Shown here in pieces: positions 11,271-21,073 of a DNA stretch of 64,000 nucleotides; the stretch's first letter is position 1, and the number at the start of each line of letters is the position of its first letter. The stretch comes from Parcubacteria group bacterium (GTDB lineage: Bacteria > Patescibacteriota > Patescibacteriia > Magasanikbacterales > GCA-002688135), in assembly GCA_002688135.1 (NCBI GenBank), contig NZCD01000031.1:4544-68543 (forward strand), given 5' to 3'. The position numbers and the translations under genes are program-made. Under the pieces are notes generated by a model. That model had not been told where the DNA came from and made no database searches. It worked only from the letters and a program-made list of their open reading frames with translations.

Positions 11271-13490
11271 TTACTTATTAACCTTCACATTATCAATTCG
11301 ATACATCAATCCGGGATTGTAAGTGCCGGGTTGGATCGTGTAGGTAAACGTGACAACGCTCGAGTCTTTGGTAGGGTCTAGTGAAATGAATGTTCCCACG
11401 TCGTTTTCACTGCCACATGATCCATCAACAAGTACATCATCAACATACCAATGAAGATTGCCAACTCCACATGCAATTGTTCCCCAGCGCACAAACGAAA
11501 GCTTCGGATTTTCGCTATTGGGAATCGCAAGTTCAGGCGTCGTGACACTCAAAACTAAAGTTTCTGTAATTGTTGTTTCGGAAACGACCCATACACCCAA
11601 ATAGAAATTTGAGGCATCGCCATTCCACTCATCATCTGTGACATCAAAGATGATAGAGCCTTCAGTATTCTGATCAAAGTTCCAGTTATCTGGAGCTCCT
11701 TGCGTGAAGAACTCCTTGAACAAAACAACTCCAGCACATGATCCGTTTGTGCATTGATCGGTGACAGTATTCTCATCACCATCATCACAAGGCTTTATTG
11801 GACCGGTCTGATAGACACAACCCAAATCCGAGTCACAACTATCATTCGTGCATTGATTTTCATCGTTGCACGTTTTTGTGATACCAGTACAACTGCCGTT
11901 GAGTGAGCACGCATCGTTTGTTGTGCACGAATCTCCATCATCACACAAGGTGTTGGTTGGGGCTTGCGACTCAACACATGCGCCAGTACTTGGTACACAG
12001 CTGGTAACAAGACACTGTCCAATAGGATCGGTGCACTCAACAATAGTAGAAGGATCAATCTCGCATGTCCAAATCGCAGTAGATTTATCACACATGTATG
12101 AACCGTTACACAGATTCAGGTCGTTCTTAGCTGCGCAATCTGCGTTGCTCTCGCACTCACAGACTTGCTCGCCAGCACATGTACTGCCTGAACAAGCATC
12201 TTCGATGGTACAAGGGTCGCCATCATCACACGCATTTGTATTAGGTGTAAAAAGGCAGTCGCCATTTTGACACGAATCATTTGTGCACGAGTTAGCGTCA
12301 TAGCACTCGACATTACTGCCGACGCATTCGAGATCTTCATTGCATGTGTCATTTTCAGTACATGGCTCGCCATCATCACACGGCGCAAAAGATGGAATCG
12401 CTGTGCATCCCGAACTCATATTGCACGTATTCACTGTACAGTCGTCCCCATCATTACAAGAGGGATGATCTGCAGTAAATGTACAACCAACATCCTCTAC
12501 ACAAACATCATTCGTACATCCAATATCATCATTGCAGATTACAGGGGATGATGCGCACGCTCCTGTATCAGGAACGCATTTAACGTTTGTGCAGGTCAGG
12601 CTGTCATCACAGACAATCACACTCGTAGGATCAAGGGAGCAGTCTCCATCAACACAAGAAAGTGTTCCATTGCACAGGCTGTCATCCTCAAGCTCCAAGC
12701 AATCAGCGTCATCAAGACAGGGGCAGGTGATAGAATCACCAGTACACAATCCTGACACACACACATCATTTTCAGTGCAAGGATCACTATCATCGCACGA
12801 AGTTCCATCGTCCATTTTCTGTGGCTGGCAGGTCCCATCAGAAGGGCTACATACCGCAGTGAAACAAGGGAGAGTTGAGGTTGCTGAACAGTCGACGAAT
12901 GTATCATTAAAGACACAACTCGAATCGACGCAATTCCAAGTACCGTTACAAAGATTGTCGTCATCCAGTTTTTCGCAATCATCATCGATCACGCACTCTG
13001 GCTCAACAACATCCTCTGTATCAGTTTGCGTATCAGCTGTATCAGTACTCGAATCAATTTCGATATCTGACGAAACATCCACTGTATCATTCACAGCATC
13101 TCCGGTATCGTCCGCATCACTTGTGTCGCCGACATCATCCGTATCAACAGAGACATCTTCAGTGTCTGGCTCATCAATTTCATCTGTGGCATCGCCAGTA
13201 TCAACGGGAATATCAGCGTCATCAGACACCTCTTCCTGATCAATCTTACCCTCATCACCGTCAGCATCAGAGAAGATATCATTTGTATCCTCACCTTCAT
13301 CGCTAACACGAGGCGATTCATCGAGTGTGACTACGCTATCAACTGAGCGCGGCCCAAGTGTATCATTGCTCACAACCATCTGCGGACAGTCAGGATGATC
13401 CTGGTTTGAAGCACAAAAATCTGCCTGATTAAAATCCGTCTGACATGCGCACACCAAAAGCAGTGTGCTCACAAGACTTAGTCGCTGCAT
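11271..13490 (-). CDS. Cysteine-rich repeat lipoprotein with acidic linker (Myxococcota/Dictyostelium-type CDDGDPCT repeats)
   Basis: Lipobox-like LLLVCA|C, an Asp/Thr-rich spacer, many CDDxxxCTxDxC repeats and a C-terminal beta domain; AGGAGGT SD upstream. Confidence 0.75.
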   Translation of the reverse strand: MQRLSLVSTLLLVCACQTDFNQADFCASNQDHPDCPQMVVSNDTLGPRSVDSVVTLDESPRVSDEGEDTNDIFSDADGDEGKIDQEEVSDDADIPVDTGDATDEIDEPDTEDVSVDTDDVGDTSDADDTGDAVNDTVDVSSDIEIDSSTDTADTQTDTEDVVEPECVIDDDCEKLDDDNLCNGTWNCVDSSCVFNDTFVDCSATSTLPCFTAVCSPSDGTCQPQKMDDGTSCDDSDPCTENDVCVSGLCTGDSITCPCLDDADCLELEDDSLCNGTLSCVDGDCSLDPTSVIVCDDSLTCTNVKCVPDTGACASSPVICNDDIGCTNDVCVEDVGCTFTADHPSCNDGDDCTVNTCNMSSGCTAIPSFAPCDDGEPCTENDTCNEDLECVGSNVECYDANSCTNDSCQNGDCLFTPNTNACDDGDPCTIEDACSGSTCAGEQVCECESNADCAAKNDLNLCNGSYMCDKSTAIWTCEIDPSTIVECTDPIGQCLVTSCVPSTGACVESQAPTNTLCDDGDSCTTNDACSLNGSCTGITKTCNDENQCTNDSCDSDLGCVYQTGPIKPCDDGDENTVTDQCTNGSCAGVVLFKEFFTQGAPDNWNFDQNTEGSIIFDVTDDEWNGDASNFYLGVWVVSETTITETLVLSVTTPELAIPNSENPKLSFVRWGTIACGVGNLHWYVDDVLVDGSCGSENDVGTFISLDPTKDSSVVTFTYTIQPGTYNPGLMYRIDNVKVNK

Positions 13491-13535
13491 GAAGCACCTC
13501 CTTTTTAGGTAATTTAAAGACCGTTAGATGTCTGT

Positions 13536-13564
13536 AAAGTAGCACAGAAATGAGTGTTTGTCAA
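13536..13564 (-). promoter_or_regulatory. Sigma70 promoter of the Cys-rich gene
   Basis: Minus strand TTGACA-17 nt-TACTTT with TGn extension. Confidence 0.65.
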
Positions 13565-13593
13565 GATCAATCCACATACATATCAACAATATA

Positions 13594-13602
13594 TGCTATA
13601 CT
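13594..13602 (+). promoter_or_regulatory. Extended -10 promoter, probably giving a leaderless transcript
   Basis: TGcTATACT located 7 nt before ATG 13610. Confidence 0.55.
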
Positions 13603-13609
13603 ATCGTTC

Positions 13610-16192
13610 ATGCAGGACAACCCAAAAGAACAAGAAGATAAGCAAGAAGAGAGACCCAAAAACAAGGGTCTTCGTTTGTTGTATTTGGTTGGGGCAGCTT
13701 ATGTATTCGCTGCACTTCTCACCCCGCTGATAGTAATTCCTTCGAAATTTATTTTCCCTTTTATATTTCCTAAAGTTATATTCTTGCGTGTTGTGGTGAC
13801 TATTGCAGCAGCATGTATAGGGATTATTCTTATTTGGAACAAGCAACTGCGCTATAAACCAACGCTCATTCACGCGGCTGTTCTATTCTACATTCTCGCC
13901 CTAGGATTGTCTTCATATTTTGGAGTAGATCCTCATCGCTCATTTTGGGGTGGTCATGAGAGAATGCTGGGATTAATCTCTATAATGCATTACGCACTTT
14001 TCTTCTTCCTGTTGGGGTCAGCTGTGCGCGGGTGGAAAGGTGAAAGATTATCTGATTTTAAAATGTTTGGATGGTGCTCTTTATGGTGGGCATTCATTAT
14101 AATAAGTATTGCAATTTCAATTGTGGGACTAGCACAGAGATTTGGAGATGGAGTGCTATTTAATCAGGGCGGGGGGAGAGTCTTTTCAACACTTGGAAAT
14201 TTCATATACTTGGGAAACTTCATGGCGATCAGCATGATTATTGCCATAATGCTTTTTTTAATAGAAAGAAAAAGATTCAAAAAATTACTTCTTATAGTCG
14301 TGGCGGCTTTGAGCGGACTGCTTCTCATATACTCTGGAAGCAGGGGAGCATTACTCGGGTTAATAGCGGGGCTATTTATAACAGGTGTGATTGCAATACT
14401 AAAAGAAAAATCACAAATCAGAAAAATAGCAATAAAAATAATCGCAACCATCGCAATTTTATCAGGTATATTATGGCTCACTCCTGCAAATAAAATACTT
14501 CTCAAAATTCCAGGAGCAAGTCGATTGGCAGATATCACGAGCGATTCTGGGCCTCGTATTGCCGCGTGGAAAGCTTCTGTCGCAGCATGGAAGGAAAAAC
14601 CGTTATTTGGATGGGGTCATGAAAATTTCTATGCCGCATTCAACAAGCATCTCATTCCTGAATCTCTCACAAATTCCTACTACGAATCTTGGTTCGACAA
14701 TGCACATAACGTAATCTTTAATACACTTGCTACTGGAGGAGTCATCGGTATATTGGGATACTTTGGATTATATGTCGCAGCTCTAATTATGTTATGGAGG
14801 AGGAAGAGTGATGACCCAAAACAAAAAATAAAAATATACGCAGCATACGCACTGCTGTTAACAGACTTTTTTTCAAAAATGTTTGTATTTGATACTCCAA
14901 TATCATTTATTACATTATTTCTGACTCTCGCATTCATCCATGAAATAACACGAACAAAAAAAGTATACAGCGAAACAGCGCCAGCTGTTGATGGAAAAAA
15001 ATTAGGGATTAGCATTGCTTTGATCAGTGTAATTGCGCTATCATTTATTTTTGAAATAAATATCAAACCATCTCAAACTAATGCAGCCACACTCAAGATC
15101 CTGGCAGCACTACATCAACAAGGGCCGCGTAATGCAAAGCAACTCATCAGGGCATCGTATGAGTTTGAGACACCACATATCGCAGACATTAGGCTTGATA
15201 TCGGTAGAAAAGTACATGAGCGTTTACCATTCTGGAAACAAAAGTTTCCCAAAGGCGAATTAAAAGAGGTTGTCGAGCTCACGCTTAAAGGTTTGAATGA
15301 GGCTTATTCCAAGCAGCCAAACGAACTGCACATTGCATTAATAGAGCTTGACCTCGCGTCTTTCCTATTACCCGACCCGAAGTGGGAAACATTCATAGAT
15401 GAAAGGTTTACACAAATTATTAATCGATCCCCAAACAGGCAGCAGCTATACATTATTGCTGCAAATATATATGCCAAAAACGGAAAGACTGAAAAAGCAC
15501 TCTCACTAATTAATGAAGCAGTCCGAATAAATGAAGATGTGGGAAGGGTGTGGTGGGAACGAGGGAAGTTGCATTTCAATAGTGGGGACAAAGAGCAAGG
15601 GTGGGATGATATGTATGAGGGGATAATTGTGAGGCAATTTGTTCCAACAAATATACTAGATTTGGAATTAGCTTCACGGGTCATAAAAGAAAATAATTTT
15701 CATGAAACAGGGTTTGTTCAAAGATTGGTAAGCTCGATCAAGAATTCAGGTCAAAGAGTGCCTCCATACGTATATGTTACCGAGGCCCAGTTGTGGAAGA
15801 ATATTGGATATCATGAAAAGGCTCACGAACTCGCGGTTCAGATGAAGGCGCAGTATCCTGATGAGATCGAAACATTTAAAGAGCTTTTAGAAAAACCAGA
15901 GCATGTGATTACACACAAAGAAACACAAGAAACCTTCAATAGGTATATTGTGGAAAAAGGGGGCAGTTGGCATTATAGATATTTGGAAAAAATCGTATTT
16001 GCCGCAGGATACGCACAAGATGATGAGGCCTTTGAACGCATGAAACCGTATTTTGAAACCAACATTGAGGGAATAAATCCAGACGGATTTCTAAAATGTG
16101 TATTTGAAACTGGAAAATCAAAAAAACTGGCTACAGTGCCAGCACGATGGGACGACCATTGCCCACTTCCTAGAAACCAAAAAGCAGGATAA
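13610..16192 (+). CDS. O-antigen ligase family protein with TPR, paralog 4
   Basis: Motifs STLGN, SGSRGALLG, RIAAW, KPLFGWGHE, FDNAHN; TPR C-terminus. Start moved to MQDNPK because of the promoter position. Confidence 0.85.
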   Translation: MQDNPKEQEDKQEERPKNKGLRLLYLVGAAYVFAALLTPLIVIPSKFIFPFIFPKVIFLRVVVTIAAACIGIILIWNKQLRYKPTLIHAAVLFYILALGLSSYFGVDPHRSFWGGHERMLGLISIMHYALFFFLLGSAVRGWKGERLSDFKMFGWCSLWWAFIIISIAISIVGLAQRFGDGVLFNQGGGRVFSTLGNFIYLGNFMAISMIIAIMLFLIERKRFKKLLLIVVAALSGLLLIYSGSRGALLGLIAGLFITGVIAILKEKSQIRKIAIKIIATIAILSGILWLTPANKILLKIPGASRLADITSDSGPRIAAWKASVAAWKEKPLFGWGHENFYAAFNKHLIPESLTNSYYESWFDNAHNVIFNTLATGGVIGILGYFGLYVAALIMLWRRKSDDPKQKIKIYAAYALLLTDFFSKMFVFDTPISFITLFLTLAFIHEITRTKKVYSETAPAVDGKKLGISIALISVIALSFIFEINIKPSQTNAATLKILAALHQQGPRNAKQLIRASYEFETPHIADIRLDIGRKVHERLPFWKQKFPKGELKEVVELTLKGLNEAYSKQPNELHIALIELDLASFLLPDPKWETFIDERFTQIINRSPNRQQLYIIAANIYAKNGKTEKALSLINEAVRINEDVGRVWWERGKLHFNSGDKEQGWDDMYEGIIVRQFVPTNILDLELASRVIKENNFHETGFVQRLVSSIKNSGQRVPPYVYVTEAQLWKNIGYHEKAHELAVQMKAQYPDEIETFKELLEKPEHVITHKETQETFNRYIVEKGGSWHYRYLEKIVFAAGYAQDDEAFERMKPYFETNIEGINPDGFLKCVFETGKSKKLATVPARWDDHCPLPRNQKAG

Positions 16193-16202
16193 TTATAACA
16201 GT

Positions 16203-17432
16203 TTAAAGTAAATCCTGATAAACTTTATCAACCGCTTCAATCATTTTTGAGGCGGTAAGTTTTTTTGTAACATGCTCATGGGCAGCTTTTGCTAATTCAG
16301 AGGATAATGTTTCATGATGCATTAACTCGAGAATATGTTCCGCTAGTTGTATCGCATTGCCAGGCTCGACCAAAATCGCTGTCTTTCTGTTTTCCAAAAT
16401 TTCAGGAATCGCACCAACAGAAGAAGCTACGATAGGAACACCAGCAGACATGGCTTCGAGCAATACAAATGGAATTCCTTCCTTAAGAGATGGTAAAACA
16501 AACAAATCAAATGCTCGCAGATATTTATATGCATCAGGAACTGCTCCAGCCAAAAAAACGAAATCATTAAGCGCTCGCATTGCAATATCTTCAGTCAGCT
16601 CGCCTCGCAACATGCCATCCCCAATAATCACAGACTGAACATACGCATCATACTTCGTGTCATCAATTTGATCATTGACCATCCCAATAGCTTCAACCAA
16701 ATGAGTTAGTCCCTTGTTCGGGTATAAATTAGCCACCGTTCCAACCCAGAAATTTTTTTTATTTAAAAGCTTCGGCGGCTGCATTCGATGCAATTTTCGA
16801 TATATAAAATGCCGAGCTTCTTCGCGAGATAAAAAATCAGACACAGGAATATCAACTCCATTATTGATAATATAAATCTTTTTCTTAGGCATGATGCCGT
16901 GCTCATACGCTAAATCCTTATCAACTCTCGAAAGCACAATAATCGCATCCTTCATTTTGCTCGTGAATCTTTCTGCCCAAATATAAAACCACCGCTTCAG
17001 CCACGAAATTTTCTCAGTAAACACCCACCCATGTGCAGTGTATACGACTTTTGGGCGATAACCACCCTTTTTTTTGTAACGTCTGCCAATTTTTGCAGCA
17101 GCCATTGAACCTAACACGCTCATTTTTGAAGCATGTAGATGAATGATGTCTGGGCGAAGACGCTCAATCAATTTCACAATCTCGTGATAACCAACAGGAT
17201 CATAAAGTGGTGAAATTGAGCGAACAACATGCTTAAGTTCAACTGTCTCAATCCCAGCATTTGCAGCACGAACCAACAACTCTTTTGAAATAGAAATCTG
17301 ACCACTCGCAATAATAGTACGATAGCGATCAGATAATCCAGTCGCGACATCAAAAACATATTTCTGTGCACCACCAAATTCCGCTTGCGTGATGATGTGC
17401 AATACAATTGGCTTATTCTCCTTAGAAGACAT
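16203..17432 (-). CDS. Glycosyltransferase family 4
   Basis: Motifs GGAQKY, YTAHG, NGVD, FVLPSLKEGIPFVLLEAMSAG. Start taken at MSSKENK; the longer ORF runs into a repeat. Confidence 0.9.
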   Translation of the reverse strand: MSSKENKPIVLHIITQAEFGGAQKYVFDVATGLSDRYRTIIASGQISISKELLVRAANAGIETVELKHVVRSISPLYDPVGYHEIVKLIERLRPDIIHLHASKMSVLGSMAAAKIGRRYKKKGGYRPKVVYTAHGWVFTEKISWLKRWFYIWAERFTSKMKDAIIVLSRVDKDLAYEHGIMPKKKIYIINNGVDIPVSDFLSREEARHFIYRKLHRMQPPKLLNKKNFWVGTVANLYPNKGLTHLVEAIGMVNDQIDDTKYDAYVQSVIIGDGMLRGELTEDIAMRALNDFVFLAGAVPDAYKYLRAFDLFVLPSLKEGIPFVLLEAMSAGVPIVASSVGAIPEILENRKTAILVEPGNAIQLAEHILELMHHETLSSELAKAAHEHVTKKLTASKMIEAVDKVYQDLL

Positions 17433-17439
17433 ATGTGTA

Positions 17440-17556
17440 TAGTTTGTGGTGAGTAGTGCGTAGTGAGTAGTAAATGTATCCAACAAAGTTCGATGTATTA
17501 ATAGGTCGCCTTCGGCGACACATTACTACTCACTACAAACTACAAACTACCCACTA
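17440..17556. repeat. Heptamer-array inverted repeat element A (TAGTnnG arms) with internal mini-hairpin
   Basis: Left arm tagtttg/tggtgag/tagtgcg/tagtgag; right arm ctcacta/caaacta/caaacta/cccacta; hairpin gtcgcc-ttc-ggcgac at 17505-17519. Confidence 0.85.
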
Positions 17557-17557
17557 A

Positions 17558-18544
17558 CTAAGCTAACTCTTTATCCTTGACCTCTTCTGTAACACCAGCA
17601 AACTCTCGTTGCCATGCAATAGCCTTTTTGATTCCTTCTGGAAGTGTGGTAGTAGGTTCAAACCCAAGTAACTCTCGTGCTTCAGAAATATCAGCAATAT
17701 AATATGTAATTTCTCCAGGGCGAGTGGGTTCAATAATAGGATTGATTGTTTTTCCTAAATTCTCCGCAATGAAATTCGCCATTTGAACCAAAGTATAACC
17801 AGATCCACATGCCAGGTTCATGGTTTTATTAACAACACGTTTTGAAGTGAGTGCATCAATACCCTTCACAAGCCCCTGAACTGTGTCATCAACAAACGTG
17901 AAATCAAGTGTTTTTTCAGCACCGAAAATAGTAATCTGTTCGTCCTTCCCGATCTTATTGATGAATAACGGAATCACTCGCTCCATGCGTTCAATATCAT
18001 TATCATATCTTCCATAAACATTTGAAAAGCGAAATACTATGTAAGGAATGTCATAACATTGAGCATATGAATAAATCAGAGATTCACCAGAAACTTTACT
18101 TGCCGAATACGTACTTTCTGTAAAAACGAAATCTGCAGCAGGTTCTTTAATTTCCGTACGAGATGTATCGAACCGATTGATATCTCCGTAAACCTCACGA
18201 GAGCTTCCAAAAATAATTGGTACATTATTCGCACGGCAATACTCCAACACATTGAAAGTAAGAATAATATTATCCAAAGCTCGTTGAGGATCTTCAACCA
18301 ACTCATGTACTTTCGCATTAGCAGCCAAATGAACCACAACATCAGGCTTAGGATAACTTGCTGCTCCAATCCCACCAACAAAGTTATGAAAGCGCTGTGA
18401 CAAATCCTGAAGTAACGTAGGAATACGATCTGTCCATGTGTTCATGCGTTTATCAACACCAAAAACACGATCTCCACGATCGAGTAATTTTAGACCTAAA
18501 TTTGTACCAATTTCACCGCTAGAACCTGTAATAAGGACATTCAT
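17558..18544 (-). CDS. NAD-dependent epimerase/dehydratase (extended SDR)
   Basis: Motifs ITGSSGEIG, HLAA, SSREVYG, YSASK, RFSNVYG. Start taken at MNVLITG. Confidence 0.9.
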   Translation of the reverse strand: MNVLITGSSGEIGTNLGLKLLDRGDRVFGVDKRMNTWTDRIPTLLQDLSQRFHNFVGGIGAASYPKPDVVVHLAANAKVHELVEDPQRALDNIILTFNVLEYCRANNVPIIFGSSREVYGDINRFDTSRTEIKEPAADFVFTESTYSASKVSGESLIYSYAQCYDIPYIVFRFSNVYGRYDNDIERMERVIPLFINKIGKDEQITIFGAEKTLDFTFVDDTVQGLVKGIDALTSKRVVNKTMNLACGSGYTLVQMANFIAENLGKTINPIIEPTRPGEITYYIADISEARELLGFEPTTTLPEGIKKAIAWQREFAGVTEEVKDKELA

Positions 18545-18553
18545 ATAATATGA

Positions 18554-18668
18554 GTAAAGCGTAATGAGTAACGCGTAATGAGGGGATTGTATCGGCGCAG
18601 CCGATGTACTAATATGTCGCTTCTGGCGACTCATTGCCCGAGTTACGCATTACGAGTTACGTATTACG
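18554..18668. repeat. Heptamer-array inverted repeat element B (GTAAnnn arms)
   Basis: gtaaagc/gtaatga/gtaacgc/gtaatga ... agttacg/cattacg/agttacg/tattacg; internal hairpins at 18591-18605 and 18616-18630. Confidence 0.8.
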
Positions 18669-18676
18669 AACAATAG

Positions 18677-18705
18677 TTGACTTTTAACTAACTTTACACC
18701 ATAAT
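18677..18705 (+). promoter_or_regulatory. Sigma70 promoter of the + strand glycosyltransferase operon
   Basis: TTGACT-17 nt-CATAAT. Confidence 0.6.
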
Positions 18706-18737
18706 ACGTGCAAACTGCGAATAACGCAAGTAATTCT

Positions 18738-21026
18738 ATGGCCAAAAAACCTGTACATGTAGCCATTTTATCAACATTCTACGATCCCTTCATGTCAGGG
18801 GCGGAAATGTGTGTTGAGCAAATCGTCAATCGTTTGGGTCGTAAAGATTCCCATGCATTTACTATTATCACAGCTCGATTGTCAAGAGATCTGCCTCGAG
18901 TCGATAATCGTGGGCGATATGTCATTATTCGTGTCGGGTTAGGATTCAAATTTGATAAATGGCTTTTCCCATTACTTGCGCCTTTCAAAACACTCAAACT
19001 AAAACCAGATATCATTCATGCAGTCATGGAAAGTTATGCAGGAATCGCACTGTGGTTTATCGGAATGTTCTCACGACGATCACGAAGAATACTCACATTG
19101 CAAAGTGGAGATCTCGACGACAAAGCTGCAAAAGGAATGATCCCTGCATGGCTTTGGAAAAAAATTCATACATCCCCAAATCGAATCACCGCGATTTCTC
19201 ATTTTCTTGCTGCTCGAGCTTCACAGCTTGGCGCACGTCATATAGACATTATCCCAAATGGAGTAGAGATGGGGAAGTTGGAGTTCATCAAGAAATCAAA
19301 AAATCTAGAAAGCGAAAAATCAAAGAATATGATTGCGGCAGTTGCACGACTATCTCCAGAGAAGGGGATTATGGATTTGGTGACATCATTTAAAAAAATC
19401 TCGCAAGAAATTCCAGATGCAACATTACATCTCGTAGGAGATGGTGCTCAAAGACGTGAAACAGAAGTACTCATAGAATCTTTGGGATTAAAAAACAAAG
19501 TAACATTGTATGGTCGACTACCTCATGAGGAAGCCATGGCCGTGCTGGCAGGAGCAACAGTTGCAGTAGTTCCATCTCATGGCGAAGGACTTGGAATCGC
19601 AGCACTCGAAGCATTTGCTCTGGGAGTTCCTGTTGTTGCGAGTAATGTCGGTGGAATCCCAGATGTTGTTATTCATGAGCACACTGGTTTGCTGTGCACA
19701 CCAAAAAATACAGATGAATTCGCAGATGCAATTACAAGAATGCTTCATGAAGAAGAGTTAAGAAAAAAGTACGCAAAAAACGCAAAGGAGTTAATCAAGA
19801 ATTTTGAATGGTCAACTATCGCAAAACAATTTCGAAATACATACGATGAAATGATGCAGCCAAAAGTTCTAATCGCCACAGGAATTTTTCCTCCAGATCC
19901 AGGAGGTCCTGCAACATATGTCGCAGCAATTGCATCAGAGTTATCAGAGCGCAGCGTACAAACACGCATCGTATCATTTGGTGAATCAGACACAAAAAAA
20001 TTCGATGGAAATACTACGATAAGATTGATAGATCGAAATCGTCCCATGCTTGTGCGATATTTCAAATATACACGAGCGCTCAAAAAAGCTGCACGAACCG
20101 CAGATCTCATCTACGTACAAGATTCCATGTCCACCGGATTACCTGCTCGAATCGTACAACTATTCGTACGCAGACCACTCATTTTGAAAGTAGTTGGAGA
20201 TCCTGCATGGGAGCGAGCTCGCAACTATGGAGAATGTGATGACATACTCGATGAATTTGAAAACAAACGATATGGATTCAAAGTAGAACTAGTGCGCATG
20301 CTTTCGCGCTGGGTTGCACGCGGAGCACATACAATCATCACTCCAAGTCACTATCTCAAAGGTATCATTACAAAATGGGGAGTAGATAGTGAAAAGATAA
20401 AAGTAGTTTACAACGCCGCACATCTTCCAGAAAAAGCAGAAGTAATTGAAGATTGGCCAGAAGGACCGGTAGTATTGTATGTCGGAAGATTGGTGCCGTG
20501 GAAAGGTATAGACAAAATAATGAATGTATTGGAGCCACTCTCACGAGAAATAAACAACGTCCAATGCGTGATAGTTGGTGATGGTCCGATGCGAGAAGAT
20601 CTCAAGCAAATTACAGTCGCAAAAAAAATCGATCAACGCGTACACTTCATGGGCGCACGACCACACGCACAAGTTGCGTGGGCGATGAAACAATCTCACG
20701 TATTTGTTTTGTATAGCGACTATGAAGGATTGCCTCATGTGCTCATCGAAGCACAATTTTCAAAGTTGCCGATCGTCGCATCGCGCGCCGGCGGAAACGT
20801 AGAGGTAGTCGAACACAAAAAAAGTGGATTACTCGTAGATCTCAATGACAATCTATCGTTATTAAAATCAATTCGAATGATGATTAAAGAACGAGAATTG
20901 GCAAACATTCTTGCACAAACCGCTCACAGTCAAACAGAACGGTTTTCTCGCGAAACTATGATGAATGATACGATTGCATTACTAAAACAAACATATGGAT
21001 CGACAACTAAAAAATCGTCGCGTTAG
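18738..21026 (+). CDS. Tandem double glycosyltransferase family 4 (two fused GT4 domains)
   Basis: First domain has EGLGIAALEA; second begins ..KVLIATGIFPPDPGGPATY and has EGLPHVLIEA. Confidence 0.85.
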   Translation: MAKKPVHVAILSTFYDPFMSGAEMCVEQIVNRLGRKDSHAFTIITARLSRDLPRVDNRGRYVIIRVGLGFKFDKWLFPLLAPFKTLKLKPDIIHAVMESYAGIALWFIGMFSRRSRRILTLQSGDLDDKAAKGMIPAWLWKKIHTSPNRITAISHFLAARASQLGARHIDIIPNGVEMGKLEFIKKSKNLESEKSKNMIAAVARLSPEKGIMDLVTSFKKISQEIPDATLHLVGDGAQRRETEVLIESLGLKNKVTLYGRLPHEEAMAVLAGATVAVVPSHGEGLGIAALEAFALGVPVVASNVGGIPDVVIHEHTGLLCTPKNTDEFADAITRMLHEEELRKKYAKNAKELIKNFEWSTIAKQFRNTYDEMMQPKVLIATGIFPPDPGGPATYVAAIASELSERSVQTRIVSFGESDTKKFDGNTTIRLIDRNRPMLVRYFKYTRALKKAARTADLIYVQDSMSTGLPARIVQLFVRRPLILKVVGDPAWERARNYGECDDILDEFENKRYGFKVELVRMLSRWVARGAHTIITPSHYLKGIITKWGVDSEKIKVVYNAAHLPEKAEVIEDWPEGPVVLYVGRLVPWKGIDKIMNVLEPLSREINNVQCVIVGDGPMREDLKQITVAKKIDQRVHFMGARPHAQVAWAMKQSHVFVLYSDYEGLPHVLIEAQFSKLPIVASRAGGNVEVVEHKKSGLLVDLNDNLSLLKSIRMMIKERELANILAQTAHSQTERFSRETMMNDTIALLKQTYGSTTKKSSR

Positions 21027-21073
21027 CTACACATTAATTTTGCATTTTTCGCTTTTAATTTTAATCTTGAAAC

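Noticed and set aside
12532-13239. 235-aa + strand ORF and other antisense ORFs such as 59244-59969
   Set aside because: They are shadow frames of well-supported genes or low-complexity repeats on the opposite strand.
11271-13490. Diversity-generating retroelement target or template repeat
   Set aside because: There is no reverse transcriptase and no near-identical repeat pair differing only at adenines. The repeats are degenerate protein-level repeats.
17433-18634. N-terminal extensions in the ORF track (starts 17486 and 18634; likewise 26616, 31657, 33444, 46545, 54480, 56011, 61734)
   Set aside because: The extensions run through repeats, promoters or the upstream gene. Family-typical N-termini begin at the downstream Met.
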